Source: a bacterium | GTDB taxonomy: Bacteria > Patescibacteriota > Minisyncoccia > Minisyncoccales > JAGGXC01 | Reading direction: 5' to 3' | Length of the DNA stretch: 64,000 bases | NCBI GenBank assembly: GCA_021157625.1 | Contig: JAGGWD010000005.1 | Span: 2,118 to 66,117 of the forward strand | Shown: piece by piece, positions 45,597 through 54,885 of the stretch | Layout of the letters: each line of letters opens with the position of its first letter | Position numbering within the stretch: position 1 is the stretch's first letter | Notes under the pieces: generated by a model | The model's database searches: none | The model's input: only the letters and a program-made list of their open reading frames with translations | What the model was told of the DNA's origin: nothing | Translations under genes and position numbers: made by a program

Positions 45597-47561
45597 CTAT
45601 GGTGTTAGTGTTAGCGGATATTTATCACAATTATTCGTATCGGAACAATCGGAATCATTGTGTTCTACATCATAAGGAGAATCACAGAATCCGTCACTAT
45701 CGCTATCAGTACATTTATCAGAATAACCAGTTTTACTTGGGTTAGTCCAATAATTACCCCCAATCCATGGCCCTCCAATTATATTCGGACCTGGCTGTTT
45801 ATTCGTGTTCCATTCATTAGAGCCAGCATTAACCCAGTCAATCACAGGATTAGGAGAGTCAATATAGTTATTATAAATTTTGTTATTCATTGTAGATGGT
45901 TCCCACATCAGAAATGCCTCCTTATCTGTCGCTATCACGGTATTGTCAAAAATCTCATTACCAGAAACTCCCTGTAAAATAATTGTCTCTTCAAATGAAG
46001 TCAAATCATTACCGGAGATAACGTTATTGTTTGAACCCCATTGAAGGTGTAAAGCCCCGCTCATATTCGTTACTCTAGCAGTATTATCAGAAATAGTATT
46101 GTGTGTACAATTGTTTTTTAAATAAATTGCGCCTCCGTTTCCATCTATATCATTAGCAATGATATTATTATGGTTACTACCCGACGCTAACTTAATGTTT
46201 CCTTTAAGAGTGTTATTAGATATAGTACTATTAGAAACAGTGACGCAAACGATTGCAGGGTTGCCTATTCCTCCCTCTATAGTGTTATTAGAAATAATGG
46301 CATTAGACACATTATGGACATTAATTGCTAAATTGGACTCGTTTATAGTATTGCCGGAGATAGTAGCGTTTGAACTATTATTAAGCCAGATCGCATCCCC
46401 GGTACCTGCATCCAAAATATTATTGGCAATAGTAATTCCTGAGCCTCCTGCAACATAGATTGAGAATACATCACTTACATAAACATCGTTATTTTCTATA
46501 GTTGAGTTGTTTGCTCCTATATAGTAAATTCCATAATCTCCATCCGGACCATCCATATCTATTTTACAGTTCTTTACAGTGACATTACTATGACCGTTGT
46601 TCTTAATTCCGTAGTCTCCAGTACTCTGGAGATAATGCCCATTACAATCTAAGGTAATATCACTTGCATCTATGTAGATAATAGTTCCAGCACATCCTGT
46701 GATATCGCAATTTAGAGTAGTATCAGCAGTAATATGCATACCACAACAACAGCTCACTGTCACCGTAACAACAGCTTCATTAGATTGAGCTCCATGAATA
46801 TCTTTCACTGTATAAGTGAATTGATCCTGACCAAGATAACCAGGAGCAGGAATATATCTTATTTCTCCCGTTGCAAGAGGAGTAGCTGTACCATGAGAAG
46901 GATTTTGCTCGACCACCACTGTACTTGGATCTATCTCAGCACCCCCATCATCAGGATCACTATCATTAGCTAAAACATCTATATCGATTGCGGTCTCTAT
47001 ACAAGTAGTAGCGCTGTCGGGGTTCGCAACAGGAGGATTATTGGAAGGAGGCGGTGGTGACGATCCTGGTGAATTATATACAACAGCTTTACCTCCTATA
47101 GAATAGACTTCATAGGGAGGCATAGTTTCAAGATCAGCATGGAATTTGTATTGGGAAGCAGATGAAGTAGTAATGTATTGATAGGAATAGTATTTTGTTC
47201 CTTCTGTCTGAAGGGCTCGTGGATCTTGAGGGAGATCCTTTATATACTTTGGTACAAGTTCTTGTCTGAGATATTTACAATAATGAGGATCAGTAGAATC
47301 TGTTATTTCCAGAGAACACCAATCTTCTGAATCGGTGGAGGTAGGATAATGTCCATGTTCAAGATAATACATCTGGACTGCTTTCCTTAGATCGTTTATC
47401 TCTGAGATTCTCCTTGAATCCCTGGCTTTGGCTTTACTATGCGAGAAGTACATTACAATTAAGACAGCCAATATTCCAATAATAAAAATGATTACTAAGA
47501 GTTCTGGAAGAGTAAAAGCTTTTTGCCTTTTGAAGGTTGCTTTTTTGAAAGATAATATCAT
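45597..47561 (-). CDS. type IV pilin-like N-terminus fused to Ig-like (Big_9/cadherin-like) and NosD/right-handed beta-helix domains
   Basis: KAFTLPELL + TM + AKARDSRR...DLPQDP; PVANPD...DVLANDSDPD...FTYTVKD; N.TISNN beta-helix repeats; GPNIIGGPWIGGNYW...CTDSDSDGFCD. Confidence 0.85.
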   Translation of the reverse strand: MILSFKKATFKRQKAFTLPELLVIIFIIGILAVLIVMYFSHSKAKARDSRRISEINDLRKAVQMYYLEHGHYPTSTDSEDWCSLEITDSTDPHYCKYLRQELVPKYIKDLPQDPRALQTEGTKYYSYQYITTSSASQYKFHADLETMPPYEVYSIGGKAVVYNSPGSSPPPPSNNPPVANPDSATTCIETAIDIDVLANDSDPDDGGAEIDPSTVVVEQNPSHGTATPLATGEIRYIPAPGYLGQDQFTYTVKDIHGAQSNEAVVTVTVSCCCGMHITADTTLNCDITGCAGTIIYIDASDITLDCNGHYLQSTGDYGIKNNGHSNVTVKNCKIDMDGPDGDYGIYYIGANNSTIENNDVYVSDVFSIYVAGGSGITIANNILDAGTGDAIWLNNSSNATISGNTINESNLAINVHNVSNAIISNNTIEGGIGNPAIVCVTVSNSTISNNTLKGNIKLASGSNHNNIIANDIDGNGGAIYLKNNCTHNTISDNTARVTNMSGALHLQWGSNNNVISGNDLTSFEETIILQGVSGNEIFDNTVIATDKEAFLMWEPSTMNNKIYNNYIDSPNPVIDWVNAGSNEWNTNKQPGPNIIGGPWIGGNYWTNPSKTGYSDKCTDSDSDGFCDSPYDVEHNDSDCSDTNNCDKYPLTLTP

Positions 47562-47629
47562 CTTTTGGAAGACAAGTTACTTTATGGAAATTGTAACTTT
47601 TCAAAATTGCTCACCACTCAAGATGAACA

Positions 47630-47800
47630 TCAGATCATTACGGTGAGAGTAACAGTTGTGACTGTAGAAGAGACACGCGTTATAATTGGAGAAAAAGTTG
47701 TGACAGTGAGGATTACTGAATGTCGAAAGACACAAGTCTTTCCGTTGGAATCGAGTTTAACTATTAGAACATCTTCTTTAAAAGAATCAAAATAATTATC
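47630..47800 (-). pseudogene. start-less remnant of a secreted beta-propeller/Thr-rich protein C-terminus
   Basis: Open frame DNYFDSFKEDVLIVKLDSNGKTC...TVTTFSPIITRVSSTVTTVTLTV; D..(L/I)VKLD.NG is a typical propeller-blade motif; no start codon. Confidence 0.4.
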
Positions 47801-47853
47801 TCACCTAATTGGGCTTTTATATTAAAATATTAGATAATTTAAGAAATGTCAAT
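47795..47853 (-). repeat. copy 2 of the rnpB promoter/5'-end repeat
   Basis: ATTATCTCACCTAATTGGGCTTTT...TGTCAAT; 21/23 identical to copy 1 in the core. Confidence 0.75.
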
Positions 47854-47872
47854 ATGAAAGAAGGGAGTTAAT

Positions 47873-48316
47873 TTACAACAATCTCTGAGTTGTATTTCTT
47901 TTATTTAGAGATTCATTCACGAGTCTGTCGGCTTCTTTATTTTTTTTCCTTGGGATACAGAGGAATTTAACTTTTCCAAAATCAAACTTCAAATTCCAGA
48001 CCTCCAGAAACAATGGTTGGATTTTTTTATCTAAAATTTTATACTCTCCATTAAGTTGCTTTGTCAAAAATTCGGAGTCGGTTCTCACTTCTACTTCTAG
48101 ATTCCTTGTTTTTTTCTTTCCAAAAAGACTTTTAAGTTTCTTTAAACCAAAAATCACTGCCATATATTCGGCTTGATTATTAGTAAGACTATCTCCCAAA
48201 TAATGGGCATACCTTTTTATTACTTGATTTTGGGAATTACAAATCAAAACACCTGCTCCTGCAGGACCAGGATTACCCCGTGATCCTCCATCAGTGTAAA
48301 GGATAATTTTCTCCAT
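47873..48316 (-). CDS. rnhA: ribonuclease HI family protein
   Basis: YTDGGSRGNPGPAG, TNNQAEY, DSE...QLNG.YK, N.EAD.L.N. Confidence 0.92.
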   Translation of the reverse strand: MEKIILYTDGGSRGNPGPAGAGVLICNSQNQVIKRYAHYLGDSLTNNQAEYMAVIFGLKKLKSLFGKKKTRNLEVEVRTDSEFLTKQLNGEYKILDKKIQPLFLEVWNLKFDFGKVKFLCIPRKKNKEADRLVNESLNKRNTTQRLL

Positions 48317-48435
48317 TGATCATTTAAAAACTTTTGAGCAAAGTTTGAATAACCAAGAGGCGGAATATAACTACACATATGGTCATATTCCATCCTGTTT
48401 ATCCTTTCTTTAACTTTGTGCTTTTTATATTTTTT

Positions 48436-49596
48436 TTAATTATTACTTGCTTTAAAATAATTAACCAAACACTCCTTGAATTCTTCTAACTTTTCATTCT
48501 TTATTGTAAAGCCAGAGGCAAGAGGATGACCTCCAAACGTTTCAAGTAAATGAGAGCAACTCTCCATAGCCTTTATAGAGTTGATATTTCTTGGAGTTCT
48601 TACTGCTCCCCTGCTCACTGTATTGCCAATGTTGAAAATAAACACTGGTTTTTGAAAATCACGACAGATAAGAGAAGCAACAGGACCAACGAGGGTAAGC
48701 GGCCAATTTTTATCTCCTTCAAAAACAATAGGCCATTCTATTTTCTTTAGAATCCTTTTCTCTACTTCTTGAACTATTTCCTTAATGCGTAAATGTTTTT
48801 CTTTTCTTTTCTTAATCAACAATTCTGCAAAAAAACGAGCAGTCTCTTTATCAGAAGATGTTAAAAGAAGGTAAGACTCAGTAAGATGATTCTGCACACC
48901 AGCAGCATTTAAAATTGAAATAATCTTTGAGGCAGTCATCTTAATTGGTTCAGAATCTTCTATTTTATTTATTTGCCAGAAAATTCTAAGACCGGGCCGG
49001 AGAGTATTCTTTAAAGCCTCAAGACCTTCCTGAATAAAAACTTGATTCTCTCCTATCTGTGGCATCATATCAGCTAAAGTAGCTAACGCAACAAGTTCAA
49101 GAAAATTATTTTTCAGAAGACCTGTCAGTTTATCACCCAAGAGAAGCTGAGATAATTTGTAGGCAATACCTGCATTAGCGAATTGCTTAAAGGGATAGTT
49201 ATCATCTTTTTGTTTTGGGTCAACAATAATTGAAGCCTCAGGTAATCTACTCAATACTTCATGATGATCAATTACTATCACTTCAAACCCCATTCTATTG
49301 GCGATTTTTATCTCTTCAAAGTTTCCTATTCCACAATCAAGCATTATCAACAAAGCTGGCGCCATTTTTTCAAGCCACTCAAGCGCTTTTTTACTCAAGC
49401 CATATCCTTCCTTTTCTCTATCTGGAAAATATATAGCAGAAACTACACCACCTAAATTCTTAATCGATTCCTCCAGTATAATAACTGAAGCTGTACCATC
49501 TAAATCACTATCCCCATAAAGAATAATTCTTTCCTTTGTTTTTATTGCTTTCAAGATCCTCTTCGCTGCTTTTTTAAGATTTTTTATCTCCTTCAT
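48436..49596 (-). CDS. recJ: RecJ-like DHH/DHHA1 exonuclease (short form)
   Basis: YGDSDLDG, PDR..EGYG, LDCG, IDHH, LATLADMM, FGGHPLASG. Confidence 0.85.
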   Translation of the reverse strand: MKEIKNLKKAAKRILKAIKTKERIILYGDSDLDGTASVIILEESIKNLGGVVSAIYFPDREKEGYGLSKKALEWLEKMAPALLIMLDCGIGNFEEIKIANRMGFEVIVIDHHEVLSRLPEASIIVDPKQKDDNYPFKQFANAGIAYKLSQLLLGDKLTGLLKNNFLELVALATLADMMPQIGENQVFIQEGLEALKNTLRPGLRIFWQINKIEDSEPIKMTASKIISILNAAGVQNHLTESYLLLTSSDKETARFFAELLIKKRKEKHLRIKEIVQEVEKRILKKIEWPIVFEGDKNWPLTLVGPVASLICRDFQKPVFIFNIGNTVSRGAVRTPRNINSIKAMESCSHLLETFGGHPLASGFTIKNEKLEEFKECLVNYFKASNN

Positions 49597-49706
49597 ATAT
49601 ATATCTTATTCTAACAAAAAAATGATAAATTGACGAACAAAAAAAGCACAAAGAGTGCGCTACAAATCAATTTGCTTAAAAAGTTTGGTCTTTTGCTCAA
49701 ATAAAA

Positions 49707-50879
49707 CTATACTTTTGCTTGCGAATTTTCAAGTGCTTTAATACCTGGCAATTCCTCAGAACAAAGAAACTCAAGCATAGCCCCTCCTCCGGTAGATATG
49801 TAATCAAATTTATTCATCCATCTGAATTTCTTTAGAGCAGATATGGTATCACCTCCCCCAGCAACTTTGAAAGCTTTATAGTTTCTAACAATTCTCTCAC
49901 CCACTTCTTTTGTGCCTCTCTCAAATCTTTCTTCCTCAAACATTCCCAAAGGACCAGCCCAAAAAATAGTCTTTGCTTTCTTGATAATCTCAGAATAGAG
50001 CTCAATAGTCTCAACTCCTATATCATACACTCTCTCTTCTTTCCTAATTGTCCCCAGAGCTGCTATTCTTTTATAGGTCCAATCATCTTCAAGTGAAAGA
50101 AAAACATCCTTTGGCAAATGCAGAGAAGGATCTGCCAAATTAATCTCTTTGATAGCGTCAAGGATCTTTCCATCTGGATACGGTCTTTCTACTAAAATGT
50201 TTTTAGCAATTAAAATAACCTCAGAAAGAAACCCATTTAGTAAAAGAAAATCAGAGATTTTAAGTAATTTTGGCAAGAATTTAATTTTAGAAATCTTCTT
50301 GCCTCCAATAATAATCACTAAGGGCCTCTTTGGCTTGTGCACTATCTTTGAAAGATTCTTAATCTCTTCTTGCAACAAAAAACCTGGAAAAGCAGGTAAA
50401 AATTTAGGAATTCCTACTACAGAAGCATGTAAACGATGACAAACAGAAAAAGCGTCGTTTACATAAAGATCTCCTAGTAAGGCAAGTTGCCGAGCAAAAT
50501 CCAAGTTATTTTGAGTTTCTTCTTTATAGAATCTAAGATTCTCCAAAAGAAGTATTTCTCCTTCTTTAAGAGAATTTACTTTCTTTTGAACCTTCCTTCC
50601 AATACAATCGTGGAAAAAATTCACTCTAGTTTTTAGTAAACGTTCCAATAAAGGAACTACTATTTTCAAACTATATTTCTTTTCTTTTCCAGAAGGCCTC
50701 CCAAAATGACTGATGAGGATTATCTTGCTTTTCCTTTTTTTGAGATATCTTATTGTGGGAAGGGTTTTTCTTATTCGAAAATCATCTGCAATCTTTCCTT
50801 CTTTATCTAGAGGAACATTAAAATCTACTCTCACCAGTACTCGTTTATCTTTAATTTTGACATCTTCTATTTTTAACAT
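49707..50879 (-). CDS. pgk: phosphoglycerate kinase
   Basis: RVDFNVP, SHFGRP, LLENLRF, NDAFSVCHR.HAS, GGGDT, ISTGGGA. Confidence 0.93.
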   Translation of the reverse strand: MLKIEDVKIKDKRVLVRVDFNVPLDKEGKIADDFRIRKTLPTIRYLKKRKSKIILISHFGRPSGKEKKYSLKIVVPLLERLLKTRVNFFHDCIGRKVQKKVNSLKEGEILLLENLRFYKEETQNNLDFARQLALLGDLYVNDAFSVCHRLHASVVGIPKFLPAFPGFLLQEEIKNLSKIVHKPKRPLVIIIGGKKISKIKFLPKLLKISDFLLLNGFLSEVILIAKNILVERPYPDGKILDAIKEINLADPSLHLPKDVFLSLEDDWTYKRIAALGTIRKEERVYDIGVETIELYSEIIKKAKTIFWAGPLGMFEEERFERGTKEVGERIVRNYKAFKVAGGGDTISALKKFRWMNKFDYISTGGGAMLEFLCSEELPGIKALENSQAKV

Positions 50880-50881
50880 TT

Positions 50882-52504
50882 TTACTCCTGATCTTTTGTT
50901 GTCTGTTTTTTGATGTTATCTTGAGATGAATTCCTAAGAGACTCCTCCAAGGCTTTTCTGAGCTCTTCAAGACTTACTTCTTTTTTTGGTTTGTGGATCG
51001 ATTTTTTTTGAGAAGGAATTACAGGCGGAGGTAACCTTTCCTCTGAAAAAGAAACTGGTTTGCCTTCCGGAGTTATCTGGCCTTTTTCAATTTTCTTAAG
51101 ACAGGACTTGCAATAAACAGGGCGATTAGGATCAGGTTGAAAAGGAACCTTAATTTGCTTTCCGCAAGCAAAGCACCGGGCATCATAAAGAACGGGAATT
51201 GTAACTGAAGAAGGAGTTTGAGTAGCAGTTGTACTCTCTGACCACCGAGCAATTTTTGCCTCAACAATCTTGCGAGGAGTACCGTATCTTTCTCTTGAGA
51301 CCTTTATAATCTTTTCTTTGTTGGATTTTTCAGGTTTTTGGAATGGAGGAAGGGTTTCTGCAGAAAAAGGTCTTCCTGCTACTCCATCAATCATCAATTT
51401 GATATAGATATTATATTTAGCAAGATTCACTAAATCTTCAGCCGAAAACTCAGGAGAAAACTCTTTCTCTAAGTACTCTGCGTCTTCAGCACCTACTCTA
51501 AAAGCAACTATAGTGCCTACATTACCAAATACCGCATCTCTTACTTTCTCATCCATTTGAGCAATATATTGATGTGCAAGAATCAAACAGAGTCTATACT
51601 TTCTTGCTTCTGAAAGAATGCTCACAAAACTTTCTGTAGCAAAATTCTGGAACTCATCTACATAAAGATAGAAATCCTTTCTCTGTTCTTCTGGAATAGT
51701 CACCCTCTGCATTGCTGCTAACTGAATTTTGGTAATTAAAAGAGCTCCGAGAAGATGAGAAGCGTCTTCTCCTATCCTTCCTTTGGAAAGATTTAAAATC
51801 AGAATCTTTTGTTTATCCATCACTTCTCTCATATCAATAGTAGATTTCACCTGTCCAATGATATTTCTGATCAAAGGAGCAGAGATAAACTGTCCTACTT
51901 TATTTTGAATAGCAGCAGTAGCTTCTACCTCATAGCGTTGGGTATAGCGAGCAAATTCCTGTGTCCAGAAAGCCTTAACTACTGGATCAGTAATCTTGGA
52001 GATTACTTTCTCTCTAAAAGCAGGATCAGCAAGCATTCTATTTATAGCCAAAAGGGTAGAACCAGGATATTCCAAAAGCGCCAATATACAGTTATTTAAG
52101 ATATATTCCATTCGTGGCGACCATACATCAGGCCATATCTTCTTAAAAACTCCCATCAGCCCTCCTGCTACCAAATGACGGTGTGCCACATCTACTTTCT
52201 CCATTACATTGAAAGCAATTGGATAATCTATATCGGCAGGATTGAAATAAACAACATCATTAATCCTTGAAGAAGGAACAAAATCAAGAAGTCTCTCTGC
52301 TGCCTCTCCATGAGGATCAACAAAAGCAAGGCCTTTTCCATTGCGAATATCCTGAATAGCCATATTTTCCATCATTGCTGTTTTTCCCATTCCAGTCTTT
52401 CCAACAATATACATATGCCGTCTTCTGTCATCGGCCTTAATTCCAAACTTTTTTCGGATATTGCGAAATGTTGTTTCTGCAAAAAAATTAATCTCTTCTG
52501 CCAT
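50882..52504 (-). CDS. TraD/VirD4/HerA-like P-loop ATPase with C-terminal CxxC-x17-CxxC domain
   Basis: DRRRHMYIVGKTGMGKT, DPHGE, YVDEFQNF, SEARKY, CFACG...PVYCKSC. Confidence 0.85.
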   Translation of the reverse strand: MAEEINFFAETTFRNIRKKFGIKADDRRRHMYIVGKTGMGKTAMMENMAIQDIRNGKGLAFVDPHGEAAERLLDFVPSSRINDVVYFNPADIDYPIAFNVMEKVDVAHRHLVAGGLMGVFKKIWPDVWSPRMEYILNNCILALLEYPGSTLLAINRMLADPAFREKVISKITDPVVKAFWTQEFARYTQRYEVEATAAIQNKVGQFISAPLIRNIIGQVKSTIDMREVMDKQKILILNLSKGRIGEDASHLLGALLITKIQLAAMQRVTIPEEQRKDFYLYVDEFQNFATESFVSILSEARKYRLCLILAHQYIAQMDEKVRDAVFGNVGTIVAFRVGAEDAEYLEKEFSPEFSAEDLVNLAKYNIYIKLMIDGVAGRPFSAETLPPFQKPEKSNKEKIIKVSRERYGTPRKIVEAKIARWSESTTATQTPSSVTIPVLYDARCFACGKQIKVPFQPDPNRPVYCKSCLKKIEKGQITPEGKPVSFSEERLPPPVIPSQKKSIHKPKKEVSLEELRKALEESLRNSSQDNIKKQTTKDQE

Positions 52505-52508
52505 AAGA

Positions 52509-53777
52509 TTATTCTGTAGGAAGCCCAGGAGGAGCTTCTTTTTTCTTTGCTTCTATTCGAGGAAGGGTTGGTGCAGGAGCAACCATCCTTCCAGGAAAGT
52601 GATATAAAGTGGCTATCTCATCGGTAGTTAGCACAAAAGTTCCTCCTGGTTCTGGAAATAAAGGAGAGAATCTTCTTTTATATCTCAAAAAAATCGCCCT
52701 TTGCTTTGCATACGTTCGCATTTTTTTCAAAAACCATTGGACTTTTGGAAGAGTACGTGTCCATGGTTTCAGACCATTAAGATTTTCGGTAGACACATTT
52801 TTGAAAAACCCATAAAACATTCTGGATTTTGCTTTCAGGAATACATCTCTTTTTGCAATATAAAGACATCGGATATTGGTTACAAATCCAAATTTTCCAA
52901 TTTTCTCTTCAATTGCTTTCACTATTTCTCTCTCTCCTGGAGTTAACTTCATTTCAGGAGGAATCACCTCTACTTCTTTCTTTTCTGAAGGCGCTTTACC
53001 TGGTGGTTTTCCGCTAATTAGCAAATCAGCAGCTTCTTTAAAAATCGAAGGAAGAGAAGAAGGTTTCTTTTCTCTATGAACTAATTTATCCACCAACTCT
53101 TTTCCTCTTTTTTGCCACGGAATCTCTTCTCTGATTGGCTTTATTATTATCTGAAGCCACATATATTCCCCTTGGCCAATACTTGCCATACCTTCAAGAA
53201 GTCCTGCCAATGGATCAAGTCGTTTTTGCTCTTTTGTTTCTTTCATCTCTTCGAAATATTTGTAGGTCTTTATAGGATAAGGATCTTCTTTTGTGGCCAC
53301 GAAATCAAAACCAAAAAGATCCCATTCTTCATTAGGGATGTCGTAAGGCACAAAATTAGTATAATCCTCCGCAAGAGAAATCTCTGCGTCTGGGTATTGA
53401 GAATAAATATTGGACTCAATAACACTTCTGAAAGCAGCAGGAGCTCTTATAAAGAAATGAATCTCTCCTTCAAGACTGGCAATCTCTAATGCTATTGAAT
53501 ATTGAAATTCCCCTTGTAGCCATGTTTCTCTCCAGGTAAACACATCGTGAACTCCATGAAAGCCCGCTATTACCTGCTCCATTGCTTTTATTGGCTTTTC
53601 TACCTCTCGAGGAATCTTGACTTCCAGGATAATTTTCTTTACCCCTGAGTCATACTGCTCCATCTTGTAGAATCTCCAAAAAAAGAGAAAACGAGGATAC
53701 AACAAGAAAGGTAAAGGTAGCCACCACCAATTCTTTATAACCAACCAAAGATTTGTTAAAACAAAATAAAAATCCAT
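52509..53777 (-). CDS. conserved membrane-anchored hypothetical protein, partner of the ATPase
   Basis: N-terminal TM (WWWLP), AMEQV, SQYPDAEI...DY, YPIKTY..F, EIATLYHFP, APPGLP. Confidence 0.75.
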   Translation of the reverse strand: MDFYFVLTNLWLVIKNWWWLPLPFLLYPRFLFFWRFYKMEQYDSGVKKIILEVKIPREVEKPIKAMEQVIAGFHGVHDVFTWRETWLQGEFQYSIALEIASLEGEIHFFIRAPAAFRSVIESNIYSQYPDAEISLAEDYTNFVPYDIPNEEWDLFGFDFVATKEDPYPIKTYKYFEEMKETKEQKRLDPLAGLLEGMASIGQGEYMWLQIIIKPIREEIPWQKRGKELVDKLVHREKKPSSLPSIFKEAADLLISGKPPGKAPSEKKEVEVIPPEMKLTPGEREIVKAIEEKIGKFGFVTNIRCLYIAKRDVFLKAKSRMFYGFFKNVSTENLNGLKPWTRTLPKVQWFLKKMRTYAKQRAIFLRYKRRFSPLFPEPGGTFVLTTDEIATLYHFPGRMVAPAPTLPRIEAKKKEAPPGLPTE

Positions 53778-53788
53778 CTTTGATTCCT

Positions 53789-54826
53789 TTATATCTCTTT
53801 GAGGATATATCTGCCTTGAGAATCTCTCAGAAAGTAATCCTTATTCTGAAGATTCAACAAGATAGTGTTTTCTTTTACCAACCGTTGAGAAAGAACTTTT
53901 TCTATAATCTCTTCCCGAGAAAGAGGCCGATTTTCTTCTCTTAGCACCTTTATAATAATATCTCTGACTTGTCCCGGAACGTATCCCCATTCTCGAAGAG
54001 CATAAATACCTCTACCCACCAGAACAAATCGTGGATCTCTAATGAGTTCATTATGGACGGTCTGAGGAAGAACAGGTTTATTAGAGGTACCAATATTGAG
54101 TTGAGAAATCAACTTCGCAACTTCTGCAAAATGAAGTGGACGTCCGCTTTTCTTTAGAGCAAGATAAGCCTTATCCTTTATCCCTCGTGGAGAAACCTCA
54201 GGCCAGTGCTTTAATCCAAATAAACCTTCGTAATTTTTTTCTATATCCTTGGAGATTTCCAAATAAGAAATAAGAGCGCGTGATGTTACTCTTTCGGAAA
54301 CCTTCAATTCGTTTTTAAAAAGCATCAACGCCTCCTTCTCAGAAATTAATTTTTTCTCTTTCTTGAATTTTTCTACAAAACCATTGATAACTTGACGTGC
54401 AAGATCAACTGATTTTGGATTAACAGTCCATAAAGGATAAAGGTCTTCGGTTTCAGGAAATCTAAAAAATGACTCTCCTAAAGTAAGCCAAAAGAGTGCT
54501 CGATTCTGAACTTTGGAAGAAGAAAATTGAGAAAGCAATAAATCTTCTCTTTTGAGTCCACCTTCTTTCTTAAGATAAGAGTTAAAATATCGGAATATCC
54601 TTTGATAGATTGGTTTTTTGATTTCTTTTTTTATAAGCGCAATTCCAGACTGCTCAATCTGGCGAATTCTTTCTCTACATACTCCATAACTTCTTCCTAT
54701 TGACTCAAGTGTCTCTCGTGTTGCTTTCTCTAGCCCGAATCTTCTCTTTATTACATCTCTTACCCTTGTGGGAAGATTCTTTAATAAATTATTATAAATA
54801 ATTTGAGAAGATAGCAGTTTTTCCAT
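53789..54826 (-). CDS. sigma-70 region 4 + HARE-HTH (RNAP delta-like) domain protein
   Basis: RRFGL...ETLESIG..YGVCRERIRQIE; PLHF.EV...QTVHNELI.D.RFVLVGRGIYAL.EWG. Confidence 0.82.
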   Translation of the reverse strand: MEKLLSSQIIYNNLLKNLPTRVRDVIKRRFGLEKATRETLESIGRSYGVCRERIRQIEQSGIALIKKEIKKPIYQRIFRYFNSYLKKEGGLKREDLLLSQFSSSKVQNRALFWLTLGESFFRFPETEDLYPLWTVNPKSVDLARQVINGFVEKFKKEKKLISEKEALMLFKNELKVSERVTSRALISYLEISKDIEKNYEGLFGLKHWPEVSPRGIKDKAYLALKKSGRPLHFAEVAKLISQLNIGTSNKPVLPQTVHNELIRDPRFVLVGRGIYALREWGYVPGQVRDIIIKVLREENRPLSREEIIEKVLSQRLVKENTILLNLQNKDYFLRDSQGRYILKEI

Positions 54827-54885
54827 CCCATTTGTTTGAACTAATTAGATGTATTTTATCATATAAACACATTTATAGCTCTAAG

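Noticed and set aside
45253..45675. 140-aa plus-strand ORF
   Set aside because: Antisense to the RNase P RNA.
49707..50879. PGK inactivation (GGKKISK, LNGFLSE differ from consensus)
   Set aside because: Substrate-binding and C-terminal GGGDT/STGGGA motifs are intact; divergence alone is not enough.
50882..52504. Conjugative element or ICE
   Set aside because: No relaxase, integrase, virB genes or att repeats; flanked by core genes.
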